A DNA stretch of 64,000 nt from Raillietiella orientalis (Eukaryota). The notes below the pieces were generated by a model that ran no database searches, had not been told where the DNA came from, and worked only from the letters and a program-made list of their open reading frames with translations. The stretch lies in NCBI GenBank assembly GCA_036172245.1, contig JAYWIR010000015.1:1-64000 (forward strand), written 5' to 3'. Of this stretch, positions 1 to 11,593 are shown piece after piece (within the stretch, counting starts at the first letter, position 1; each line of letters begins with the position of its first letter). The position numbers and the translations under genes were made by a program.

Positions 1-1145
1 TATTTCAGGCTTTGATGGTTGGGCGTGGCGCGACCTTCCCCTTGCCCTCCACCACTTTCGCCGATGCGGCCGCGGTTTTTTTGACGATTTTTACTTTACG
101 GATGACCAGTTGCCAGCCTTCCTCGTCGGCAGTCTTTTCCGGGAGCTCCTGTACCGAGTCCCTTTCTTGCTGCGCGACTTTTGTCGGAGCCGACGGCTGA
201 TCCCCTTTTGTGGGATTTATTACTGGTTTTGCCTTCCCTTCCTTCTTTTGCGGAAGTTCTGGCGTTGGAGCGACGTTCATCGGGCACACCACTTTGGTGT
301 GGCCCTTCGCGCCGCACGTTGGGCAAACTGCTTCCGGGCACCGCTTTTTCAAATGCCCGAACGACTTACAGTTTCCACAAAATTTAGGTTTCCCCACAAA
401 CCAAATGTCGACGAACTCGTCGCCAATTTGGAGCTTGTGGGGAAGCTGTACGCTTTCTCGAAGCGTCACGCGCGCGCCTACTCGCCCACTAAATGCACCG
501 TTCACTATGAAGGTGTTGGGCTTTCTCCACATCGCGAAAACGCTTGCGAATTTTTCCAGTTCAGCGCAGATGGCGTTCTCATCCATCCGTACTGTTGTCC
601 CTGTTAGGTGGATCACAATGGAGTGGTCCACCGTGTGTGGGAGTAAATTCCTGCCCTGAAATTGTACGGGCGTGCAGAGCATCTTGTGGTTAAGAGCTGC
701 ATCCTTGCAGATGAGCTCCGCCAACTGCCCTCCGCTCCGTATTGACAGGCAAAGAATTTCATGGTCGGCAATGCCCATCTTTTTGATGGCATTGCCGAAC
801 TTTCGCGCCCTTAACAGGGAATATAAATTTCCTACCTTGTACAGGAGGGCCGGATTGTAGCCCTCCTGGATGTAGGATTGGATTTCGGCGGCGACATCGA
901 GCGTTTCCGCCGCTGCCACCGCGCTCCAGGCCCTCGCCGTAGTGGAGCGTTCAGAAGTAGTGCTGGTGCGTGATCCCACCTCCTTTGGCTTAGGAGACGC
1001 GGTCTTTCCGCCTTCCTCACCTGAAACTGCGGCGTTCACAGGCATTTCTGCCTGTCAACGGCCGCAAAACACACACGAAACACCAGAAAAGAAAAGCTCC
1101 TTATCCACGGATCGCACAACAATTGCGTCCGCCGTTTGTCACCCG
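1..1145 (-). mobile_element. 5' part of an L1/Tx1-type LINE, continuing off the window edge
   Basis: ORF1 plus about 100 nt of 5' leader ending at CGGGTGA (minus strand), abutting the 3' end of the next element. Confidence 0.75.
5..1045 (-). CDS. ORF1 (gag-like nucleic-acid-binding protein) of an L1/Tx1-type non-LTR retrotransposon
   Basis: Open 346-aa frame with two CCHC zinc knuckles (CGNCKSFGHLKKRC, CPTCGAKGHTKVVC). Clearly homologous to ORF1 at 53.6-54.3 kb (shared EQGY/QEGY.P.L.YKVGNL and LPHKL..G.E.VD.W.VGKPK). Confidence 0.85.
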   Translation of the reverse strand: MPVNAAVSGEEGGKTASPKPKEVGSRTSTTSERSTTARAWSAVAAAETLDVAAEIQSYIQEGYNPALLYKVGNLYSLLRARKFGNAIKKMGIADHEILCLSIRSGGQLAELICKDAALNHKMLCTPVQFQGRNLLPHTVDHSIVIHLTGTTVRMDENAICAELEKFASVFAMWRKPNTFIVNGAFSGRVGARVTLRESVQLPHKLQIGDEFVDIWFVGKPKFCGNCKSFGHLKKRCPEAVCPTCGAKGHTKVVCPMNVAPTPELPQKKEGKAKPVINPTKGDQPSAPTKVAQQERDSVQELPEKTADEEGWQLVIRKVKIVKKTAAASAKVVEGKGKVAPRPTIKA

Positions 1146-4100
1146 GATATCTTAAGGCATTTATTATTCTAATTTTCTACAAAAATTAGACAATAAAGTC
1201 TTTAAAAAAGATGTTTTCTGTGGGGAAACACTGGGTTCTCCCACCTTGCTGGACGTGTCGGTTGCCGGTGCATAGACCGGTTAGGTCCATTCCCGAGGCG
1301 CATGGGAAGGGAAAATTAGAACAAAAACAAGCAAAAAGAGAGATAACGGGGAGGGAAACAGTTGTATGGGGAGAAAGGTGGGGGCAGGAAAGGGATCACT
1401 GGGCACCTGGGTCGGTCCTCCGCATCCTGTTAAGGATGCAGTCAAGTTCTGCTTTTACTGTGAAAAGTAGACGCCACCTTGTCGCCGTCTCTAAAGAGAT
1501 CGTCGTTTAGTGGATGGCGTCCTTGCATCTTGGGCCTCTTCTTCTGGCGTGCCACCTTTGCACAATGCCGCGCACGCAGCAGAGGACTGCTAGAGACGCA
1601 GCGGGGCGCAGGCCGTCACGCAGAAAGAGGCGACGGAAAATTTTCTTAGGGTCGCCTACTGGAAGATGGAGGATTGAGGCGATTCGACTCCAGAGTCCCT
1701 ACAGGGCGACACACTCCTGGGTGAGATGCGGGAAGGTTTCTCTTTCTCCGCACTCGACACAGCGGGCATCCACATTCCCCAGTGTCCAGTGAGACAGGCG
1801 TGCTCTGCTTAACTGTCCCCAGTGCAGGAATAGCAACGCCGTCTCCTGCCACTTCAACGGAAGTGTGCCGCAATCCCAACACGCTGGGAGCCACTTCACC
1901 TCCTCCGGAGGTATTGCGAGCAGCTCTCCCCAGCGCGCAAGTCCGTGAGGCAGGACGCACGGGGTGGCAGCGTCCGTGAGCTCCCGAGTCGTCCAAGCCT
2001 TTAAAGGTTTTTTCCTGCCTCGGATGAGGCAGGACACTTCCCACGATGCCCGCTCGTTGCTGCTCCTAGTGTTTTTTAGGGAGGACAGAACGGGGGCAAG
2101 GGGGCTGAAAGAAGCCCACAGAAACTTCCGAGGCGTGTTGATAATATCCTGCAGCGGCTGTCAAGCGTACGGTCCTCGTCGTAGGCAGTTGTATTCCGCC
2201 TCGGTCGTGCCGTTGATCTTAGCCCACGCGGAAGCTGACTCTTGAAGCCAGGCAGTGCAATTCGCGGGGTGGCAGGAGATCCAGGTATTCTCCCTCATCA
2301 GGGCGACCATCTGGCGCAAATCGGGGCCACAGTTAGAGAGGCTGCGCTGGTAGGTTACGAGGATCGAGGACAATCCTTCGCAGCCGGTCGCTCTTCTGGC
2401 GAGGAGCCGTGCCGGATGGCACCATGGATCGTACCATGGCGTCATCATGGCGCTTATTGTACTAAAATCCCTAGTGCAGAAAAAGATGAACATCCTGTTT
2501 TCATCGAAGCGGGAACACGAATCTGTCCACACACAAGAAAGGGACCACAAGAACTTAGGGGAGTAATCCAAGAGCCTCACTCCAACGAAGAAGTCCCTTT
2601 GCCAGGTAACGAGGAGTGGCAGCGCCGACCAACACGCTCGTTCTGCAATTGCTCAGCAGTCTTCCCACTTCTGCAATGCTGCAGAAGAACTCTCACTCTG
2701 CCGGTTGGCTACTGTCTTTGTTTGCCCTGAGTGCAGACAGCGCTGCGGCGAGGGATGAGACTACTATCCGGGACCAAAGTGACCAGTCCTGTAGGATCAC
2801 TCCTATCGGTTTGCGTAAGAGGCCCTGTAAGGGTCGCAGTTGCTCTGAGCGCACATCCAAAGTGGACCTCCAGTGCTCCAGAGCTTCCTGCTGCCAAGCA
2901 TTTCAATTGGAGGGGCGGCAGGGAATCCAGGAATGGGCTAACAGCAACGAGGAGAAATGCCTCAGTGGGTAGCCAAATCCAGTTCTCCGGCGAAGGTTGC
3001 GCGGCAGCAACGAAAGCAATCTTGAACTGCCGACACATCTCTAAAGAATATGGTGAGCCGGAGCACACCAGTGACTAGACTACAATTTTCCACATAGGGA
3101 TAGAAGCCGGAACTGCACTTGCAGTCCAATCTTCTGGATGGTGAGGATGCCAAGGCCTGCGTCCTGGCATGGCGCCATCAAATCTTTGAGGCAAACCCTG
3201 GATCGCGCGGCGCCCCACAAGACCTTACGTAGGAGACCCTGCGCCCGGAGTTTAACCACATAGGGAGGCGGACAGACAAAAAATAAGAAGCGGAGGAGGG
3301 GGGCAAGGAAAGTGTTTCATATGGACGCGTTTTCCGGCAAGACGAACTTGCCTTCCAGGAACGGGCCTAGAGACATCTCTGCCTTTTGAAGACAGGCCGA
3401 CCACGTTTTAGACGAGCCAAAGTCGCCCAACGGTACGTCAAGGTACTTGAATTACGTGACCGTGAGGATCACCAGGTAAATCCAGTTGGCCTGTCCCTCC
3501 CACGACGCACCCACCGCCACGTCAAAGCACTTAGCCCTGTTTACGCTCATGCCCTCTCCAGGACGGATCAGCTCGAAGAAGTCTTGGACCGAGTCCGGCG
3601 GAGTAGACATGGGCAACAGAAGCAAAAGGTCGTCGGCGTACGCTGCTTCGGACAAAGTGCACGGAGAGGCTCTTGGCAGGACGGCCAGCGTCAGCCTGTA
3701 CGCTTTTAGCACCAACTCAAAGTAGATGCTGAAGAGCTACGGACTTAAGCTGTCGCCCTGTCTGATGCCTCTGCGCACGGCCACTCCGTACACGCGGGAG
3801 CCACTGAAATACAACTTGATAATCGCGTGGCGCCAGCAGCAGCGCAAGTACAGGAGAAGATGATTCGGAATCCCAAGACGCTCCAGGAGCTCCAAGAGGA
3901 GTTGCTGGTTTACGTAGTCGAATGCTTTGTGCAAATCTACTGCTAGTGCCAAGGCTCCCGGCCTTTCTTCCGTCCGCCCGCACTAGCGCACGCAGTCGGC
4001 AGAAGGTCTTGCCGCTGTTCGGCTATCCGCCACAACGCGCTCTTGAAGCTGCCACCAGGTGCGCGCGAAAAGAAGGTTCGCATCCATGGATCTACCCGCT

Positions 4101-5020
4101 ACAGCGTTAGACTGCTCCGGGCTTACCACGGACTCCGCGACTTTCCCTAAGCGCGTGATTCACAGCTTCGAAAACAACTTGACGTCCGTATTCACCAATG
4201 TGATCGGACGCCAGTTGTTGAGTTGGCGCAGATCCCCTCCTTTCAGAGGGAGACGCACCCTCGCTGAGCGGTTGGAAGAAGGGACATCGCCCGTCACCCT
4301 CATCAGCGTCGAGATTCTAAGCTCCAGTGGGGCGAGTTCCGTTGCGAAGCTCTGATAGAACTCCACGGGCAGTCCGTCCTCACCTGGCGTCTTCCGTCTC
4401 TTGAGTCCTGCGATGGCGGAAGTAACTTCCTCCAACGTGAAGGGCTCGTCGATACGAGCGCGTTCCTCCTCGCCGATGCTGTGTGCAGCCTGCGGCAAAA
4501 GTAGTTCGGAGAGGACTCTTTCCGTCGGGGAATTAGCGTAGAGCAAGGAGAAGTGACGCTTTAGTGGTCGTCGCACTTCGGCAGGAGCCGTGCATTCCCG
4601 GCCTTGGTCGTCGAGCAGAATAGCCGCTCTAGGCTGCCAGACCTGGCGCTCGGCCCTCGCCTTGTACTCTGCGAGTTGCCGGACTTCCGCGCGTCTCGGG
4701 AAGGTGCGAGCCTGCAGAAATGCTCTGCTATTGGCCACGCCTTCCCCGAAGCCGCGTGGTAGCAGGTGCAGGGGGAACCGATCGCAAAACTCGCGAACCG
4801 ATCTTTTAAGATGGTCCCAGTCTGCGAGTTCCTGGATGGCAAAGCCGCGAAGGAACTGGCGAAGATGCTCCGCCGCTTCCGGATGACTCAGTTAATCCTC
4901 CGGCATCCTCCAAACATTGTTTGGAGGTCTCTTGCTCGGCGCGAGTAGCTCGAACTCCAGTTTATCATGGTCCGATAACGTGGACGGCACCCTGCAAGTT
5001 CTTCTTATACGCCAATAGGG
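1146..5020 (-). mobile_element. 5'-truncated, frameshifted L1/Tx1-type LINE (ORF2 pseudogene plus 3' UTR)
   Basis: EN end (LSDH); RT motifs KTPGEDGLPVEFY, NWRPITLVNTDVK, DLHKAFD, RGIRQGDSLSP and YADD; C-terminal CVECGERETFPHL..C; pyrimidine-rich 3' UTR with AATAAA. Broken into many ORF fragments. Confidence 0.9.
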
Positions 5021-7779
5021 ATAAATGCTCGTTGATGTTTGGCTGCTGTGCAAAGTGAAATCCAGATATTCCCACAACGACTTATGTTCCTAGTATTCTC
5101 TGCATAGGGAACGACGAAAAGCTCAGTCTGTTTGCGAAAACTGAAGAGTTCGAGGAAAAGGGTTACCGAGTGCAGGAATGTGGATGCATGGACCTACTGA
5201 CCTTTTTTACACATGCCTTTACCATGGAGAGACTACTTTGCAGAGGCAATTAGAGCTGTGAGTCGTACACAAGTGCAAAGCTAGGTTCTTTATTGCTCGG
5301 AGTGATGGAATTGGCATAATCGAGGGTTACGACGGAGCTCAACACGAAAGTGCACTGTTCGACGTTTATCAACCTCAAAAAAATTGTTTCAACCAAAAGA
5401 GGGTCATGCACTTTGCTGAGGCTTCTTTGACTGCAAGTTTTGTGGCGGATCAGGAAGGTAAAACATGTTTGCACTGTAAACAAGACTGAATCATGGCCAT
5501 ACTAACGAGAGGGATGAAAGATATCCGCGTTATGGGAATTGCAAAAGCAGACTGCCGATTCCAGCCAACGTCTTGCTCAAGGAAAGGATCAAGACAAATG
5601 CCTTATGATGCGATTGGGATCGTCGCAACAAGAACGTTTTTCATAGGAGTAGGAGTTTACATCACGTTGGGTTCGCAAGTCTGATACATGGCTCATTTTT
5701 ATTTTTACTGCTGGCTGCAATAGGCAATTTCTCCATTGACTAGCTATCTTTCCTTTCAAGTGAGAAATGAATCCCGTGCTCCGTATTCTACTCTGACTTA
5801 ATTTGCACGCAAGGATTACTGTTTTACAACTACAACATTGGAGTTTTTCCTAAGGACATGAATGAGGGATTCCAAGATGTGAATTCGACTTATGTTTCCT
5901 AGTTCCATGAAACAAGAAGGGATAATCCTCTGAAGACACCTACACCTTATTTTCTTTAAATATCCATCATGCTTCATGCTCATTTTCCTTCATGTTGGAT
6001 ACTTCTTATCTGAATGGAACTCAGCTAGTTTGCAACAAAGGGTTTGAGGCTTCATTTGGTCTTCCGTAGGCCTACTTGAGTTTCTGTTTTCCTGCTCTGT
6101 CTTCTTCAATGGTGTCTCCACTTGGCATCATGTAGGTATGCTCTTAGTGATTCCACAAACTCTTGACAGCTTTCTGGTCTTCAAAGTCTCTTAATCAAAA
6201 CTGGATATTGCCCTTGAGGTTTTTCTTTTCTGTTCTTCTGGTGGGCACAAGGAAATTCACGGTTTTTATCAGCAATCGTTTTCATGATTATGATCAGTGA
6301 AAGCTCCTCTGATTAGCTTCAAAAGCATTAACGCTTTTTTTGTGAAGAGGTTTCTGGCTTTCTATGCTGATAAGTCTGTCAGATGAGAACGTGAGCAAAC
6401 AAACAGGAGTCTAGCACATTTTGGAGACTGCATCTTAAAAATGCTAAGATCACTGATATGCGATCTCTTGAGCAGTCCGTCTATTTCATGCAACTAGCGA
6501 AGTAGAAAAAAGGATGTTCTCACACAGTGAAGCGCAAGTAACGGCTGTCGGTATCTTCTGGAAATGTAGGAATGCAGTCAAGATGGCACAGTGAGTTCAG
6601 GACGTTTTGTTCTGGAGTTCTCTTTTGAAGTTTCATTGAAATGTTTGCACGCGCTTAGATGGCAAAGCAGTTCTGTTGCATTTCCCACATGAGAAATTCT
6701 GTCTTGCGACATTCTCAAGACACCTTGAGGCTACGGAAAAGCTAGGGTTTTTTGCTCCAAACTTTAGGATTGCATGCATCAAATATTTTAAAAATTACGC
6801 TGATTTTTCAAGCACTTGCACAGTCGTGTTTGTTTGATCAACGATCAACTGAAATAAAAGTTCCGACCTTTGTGAAACAGTGCGATTGAGCATATAGATG
6901 CAAGTTTGGGATTCCTTTCTAGTAAGGCACATTACTCATGAGTTAAGTGCTACGGATATGTGGTGATGGGGTCCATACACCCGTGTAAGAAGACCGAGTT
7001 TGACTGCTTTCGAAAAGCAAACTCGGAGGGGCCCCGACCATTCCTAAGTGGGAGTTATCTAATACTGGAATGGACTGCTAGCTGAAACTTCTTCGTGGTC
7101 TCCCACTTTCTTCCCCTGCTTTTCATTTGCTTCTTTCATGGAAAAGAAAAGGTGTTGCGCAGCCCTATTCATAAGCTCCTTCCACAGCTCAGAAGCACCC
7201 CTTGCTAACTTAAACACTTGGAGACTGCGAGTCGGTATAAAGTACTTCCATCTTTCAAGCTGCAGCGGATGGAGAGGAAGCCGTGAATCAGAAGACTGGT
7301 TCTGACGGACGGTTGTTCGACAACCTACTAGTATTCCTGCAAATCTCTAGGTCAAACGGAAGAAGACAACAAATGAACATCTTTCTCCGTTCATAATCAC
7401 CGAGACATAGCTAGATGCGTGAAGTAGGGTCGGGATTCTTTGCCTCAAATAAGAAGATTTTGTGGATGCGCGTAAGACGAAAGCTTTCCACTTGAGTGCG
7501 TTTAGGCGCTTATCTTGGAAAGAAAATGGAACCACAAAACAGACAAAGAACGTGGTTTCTTGTGAATCCCAAAAAAAGAGGTTTAGCACGGTAAGACTCG
7601 CCGACTCGCAGGAAAGAGAAGTTTCTGCAGAATAGTGGGAACCAGGGAACTAACAGAAGCACAATCGGTAAGTAGGAATGAGGACATTAAAATGGCTGAT
7701 GTCTTTTAAATTCTTCGGGCGATGCTGCTGATCTCTCTGTTGATTTATTGAATTTCATAAAACCACCTGCATGCTTTCT

Positions 7780-8380
7780 GTAAGAGAACCATAGTGATTC
7801 AGACAATCTCTCTTTGCCGGTTGACAGCGCTTTAGTGAGTATTGCACCTCGAGGATGCTTGAGACGCAACACAGAAGAGCGATCACTTAGGCAGACGAAA
7901 GATCATCCGGTTTAAGAAGTGGAACATCGTCGTATTTTCAGGTTGAAGAACAGCCGAAGCCAGCTTTTTTTACGAAGGACGGAGGACGCTGTGATCCATA
8001 AACAGATGAGGAAGCGATTCGATTTTCCCGCACCTGGCACATACCGCAGACACACTCCCTCTTGTCATGTGGTGCGTGCGTACGATGCAAGGAAGATCTG
8101 AGTGATATCGTGCTGCCACTAGAGAGAGAGGAAAGTAGTGTCCACATACAGGGAAGGGACAGGGAATTCTTCCGGGTACAAACTCAAAGGACTGACCCAC
8201 TAGCGGAGTCCTCGCACCTGCAAGCAAAGGGATGCTGCGCCCACCAGGACTATAGTGGAGCAGTATCATAGGAGTACTTGCATTGCATTGATGGTCCAAA
8301 GACTTCCACCTTACCGGTAGACAACCAACATTGCCTTCCCACCAGGGAGACAGCTCTACGGCGAAAGTTGGAAGATGCAC
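7780..8380 (-). mobile_element. Decayed 3' fragment of LINE ORF2 (C-terminal zinc-finger region)
   Basis: CARCGKIESLPHLFMD and GCLPVRWK match CLRCGEIESFPHLLLDC and GTLPLKWQ in the better-preserved copies. Boundaries approximate. Confidence 0.6.
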
Positions 8381-9140
8381 AAGCTCATTTTGTCGATCTG
8401 TTGGTGTTTTCTTGCAGGAATATTCTGCCGCATCTCTAATCTGGCTGGAGATTTTCAGGTCTTATGCTGGTAAAACGATCCCAAGTTTTACCAGATTACT
8501 GCATGCTGGCATAAGAGTTCACAATACGACAGGAGATCCAGTTGTTTGCTTCTAGCAGGGAGACAAACTGCATCATGGGAAATTCCAAGAGCTTCATTTA
8601 CTTTCGTTTGCAAGAAAGCAACCGGAAATTTAGCACGAGTAACTTTATCCCATATGTGTCTAACAAGGAAATGTTCCCTATAAGATCTGCTGCAGCATTT
8701 GGCTATGCAGTTCAGTCAAACTGCTCGTTCTGTGAGCGGGCAACCAAATGGGTTACCAAAAGTATAAGAGTTTGCCTAAAATACTGTCACAACTCCTCGC
8801 AGCAAAATTTCAGGGGAACGCAGACAGCTGATGGCAGTTGCGACTGCAAATTTGTCCACAGAACACGCTCGCCATACCTTAAGACGAAAATGAGTGACAA
8901 GAAGATGGATGAAAACAAGTGACAAGGAACCAGTAAGGGGGAGAAGATGGTAACTGCTTGGAATACTCTACAAAACGATACTGCGGCAACGAGCAACCGT
9001 GCCATTACTGAGTTTAGCTTTCCGATTTCTTACGACAGTCGTAATCTTCCTTCTGGGGAACATGCCAGGGGCTCCGCAAAGAGTGCTTCAAATGATGCAG
9101 CGTGTGAGGCGACCAAGATAATTTCTGACATAGTTTACTT

Positions 9141-9327
9141 TTTTTTGGTTCGCTAAGTACCTCATAGCCGGTCGCGTGCCTTGAGGCTCACGTAGCTCTT
9201 TTTAAACATTAACACACTGTTTTGTTTTCACGCCTGTCCGCCCGCGGCAACTCGCAGGAGGGGCATGTAATTCTTCAGGATACTAAGGCACCTCGGAATG
9301 GAGTCCGCCCTATGTCATCGTGTAGAA
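9141..9327 (-). repeat. Partial, more diverged copy of the 1.1-kb SINE-like repeat
   Basis: Aligns to 9533-9710 (ggttcgctaagtacctca, gtcgcgtgcc, ggcatgtaattcttcaggata). Confidence 0.8.
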
Positions 9328-10437
9328 GGTTTTTCTTGGAAATCGAAGGTTTCTTTTACAGCCTCAATCGCACCTATGAATCCATTCCCCATATTTTTTA
9401 TAAATCTAGTAGAGATCCCACCAAGAGATCGTTAATGTTGATCTAGGATGATGGAAATCCTTGGGGGTTCTTCTTTTGTTGTTCTGTGTTTGCTGTTTTT
9501 CCCTTCCAGTTTTTTTTTTTTTCGGATATTCTTTTTTTTTTGGTTCGCTAAGTACCTCAAGAGCCAGTCGCGTGCCTCGCAGCGCACGTGACCCTTTAAA
9601 CACTGTGTTGTTTCCATGCCACTCCACCTGTAGCAGCCCGCAGGAAGGCATGTAATTCTTCAGGATAGGGGCACCTAGGGATGGGTTCCGCTCTATGAAT
9701 CCAGGAAGGTCTCGGAGTCCTTTCCCCTCACGCTTAGGGAGGGATGACCCCGGTCGGGGGGATCGCACCTCTCACCCTGGTTGTCTCCGAAGGGGAACCC
9801 CGAAGCGAATCTCCTTCCTCATTCTCTCCTGAGGGACACCCCCTGGGAGGGGGGTGGTCCTCTCCATTTACTCTTCTGCGAAGGGAACTCGGAAAGGATC
9901 CGCTTGTAGGAATTTCTTCTCCGGAGGGAACCCGCAAGGGAACCGCTCCTGTTCACTCCTCTGAAGAGAACCCCGAAGGGGCGCTGTAGCTTCCTGCAGG
10001 GAATCGCTCTCGCTTGCTTCCAAGTGCACACTCTGTGAAGAGGCGACGACTCGGAGGGACCCCCACAACAGAGAGGGTCCGCTCCTTTGAACAACTGCAG
10101 AGGTGCCCGTGAGGGCTCCTGCTCCATCTTGAAACCGGAGGCAGTCTCCCGGTGACGGGGGTCCATTCTCCGTTGCACATCGAGGGGTAACTCCCCACTC
10201 CTTTATTCCTGGGAGGACCTGAAGGTCGACTCCCATTGTTCCGGCTTTCTTCGGGAGGCCCCGGCTTTATCCTTTGCCGGGGCCACGGCCGAATGCCTCG
10301 GCCAGCCAGCGCCTTTGCAGGAGAAACTCGGAACACAAACGACGCAGTGGCGTCACCTTATCTGCCGAAGTATTCTAACCCGCGACGCATGGTGCCACGC
10401 GCGGAAACCTTAACCACAAAGCCTTCGATGCCGGCAG
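9328..10437 (-). mobile_element. ~1.1-kb tRNA-headed SINE-like element, copy 1
   Basis: Colinear with the reverse complement of 45652-46693 over its whole length. Homology starts at a tRNA-like head and stops at AAGAAAAACC. No credible protein product. Confidence 0.7.
10362..10437 (-). pseudogene. tRNA-derived (His-like) head of the SINE-like element
   Basis: 76 nt closed by a CTGCCGG/TCGGCAG stem. Contains A-box-like GTGGTTAAGG, central CGTGGC (GTG anticodon-like) and B-box-like GGTTAGAATAC. The anticodon and T stems do not pair properly. Confidence 0.55.
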
Positions 10438-11593
10438 AGAGTTTGTCCCTGGAGCGCAAGCTCAGTGTGATTCTGCTTCGCTACAAACTATAAAGAGATG
10501 GAATACTTGGCACGTGTGCTACAAAGACTTCCAAGATATGTGCGGTTCTTAGAACTCCAATGGACCACTCATGCGCTGTCGGATTTTCTGCTCACGAAAC
10601 CCCGTTGTTCGTTCCTGCAAATAAGAATAGCTAGCGTTGAACAACCGCTGCTAATAAGCGAAGAACATTGCATTTTCGCTAGGCTGCAGAGCACATGGAT
10701 ACCAAAGTTTCTCCTTTGTCTTCTTGCCCAATTCTGCTTGCCAACTTCTTGAGCTTTGAATTCAAGTTCTGAAAGATTCATCTTAAATTACTTCAATGGT
10801 AAGCCAGAAGCACACAATCTCCTGCTAAACGAGGCAAAAAGCTGAAGAAACGAAACGAAACGCAAGGCTTGCGAGTTGTAATACATTCCTTCTTTGTCCA
10901 TGTCCCTCAAAGTTTGCAATGTGGTCATGATTGAGGTACTGGAGACCCTCTGCTCGAGTGCGAACCTGCGAAAACTTCGCACACCCTTCGTGACTCTTTC
11001 TTGGTTATAAGAAGCATCAGCAGTCACAGCTTCGCATTTTTCACAGGGTTGGAATGAGGCACCCAGAGCGAAATCGAATTCTTACACCAAACTGCTTCAA
11101 GGACAAAAGTCTAAAGTCAAATTGCTCTCATTTCATTGTGGTCTTCAACATCATCACAAGTCAGGGAATGGTGACGCAAATTCTGGTGGACCGCCTTGTG
11201 GCCCGCAACCCTCGTTTTTTCCATTCGTGAGCTCTCTTACTTTGATACATCGAATTCTTCAATGGTTTCCTCTGGAAAGAAAGTTCAGCTTGGTATGGAG
11301 TCCTTTGTCCAGTGGTTTCAATGTGTGCAGCTCACTATTTAATGGATGGTGCTAAAAGGCAATGTATTTTCCGATCTGTATTCACACCCTCCACGAGCAA
11401 CATGGAGAGCAAATCATTTATTTTATTTGCTGATTTGCGCGCTACATTGCGAACATAGAATCCAGATAAAGTTTCAAGGAAGTTTCGTAGAGTTTTTCAT
11501 GGTCATTGCAGGGTGAATCCACATATGGTGCTACTGGCACATATTATCCCATTCTAAGGATCCATCACGCGGTGCCCTTTTTCTAATCATTCT

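Noticed and set aside
9670..9720. 5S rRNA-like segment (CTAGGGATGGGT...GGAAG)
   Set aside because: Only a short gapped resemblance, on the strand opposite the tRNA-like head.
9961..9990. Hammerhead at CTGAAGAG-AACCCCGAAGGGG
   Set aside because: No GAAA follows the stem in either copy.
10362..10437. Functional tRNA-His gene
   Set aside because: The anticodon and T stems do not pair, the B box is imperfect, and it is fused to the same long body in both copies.
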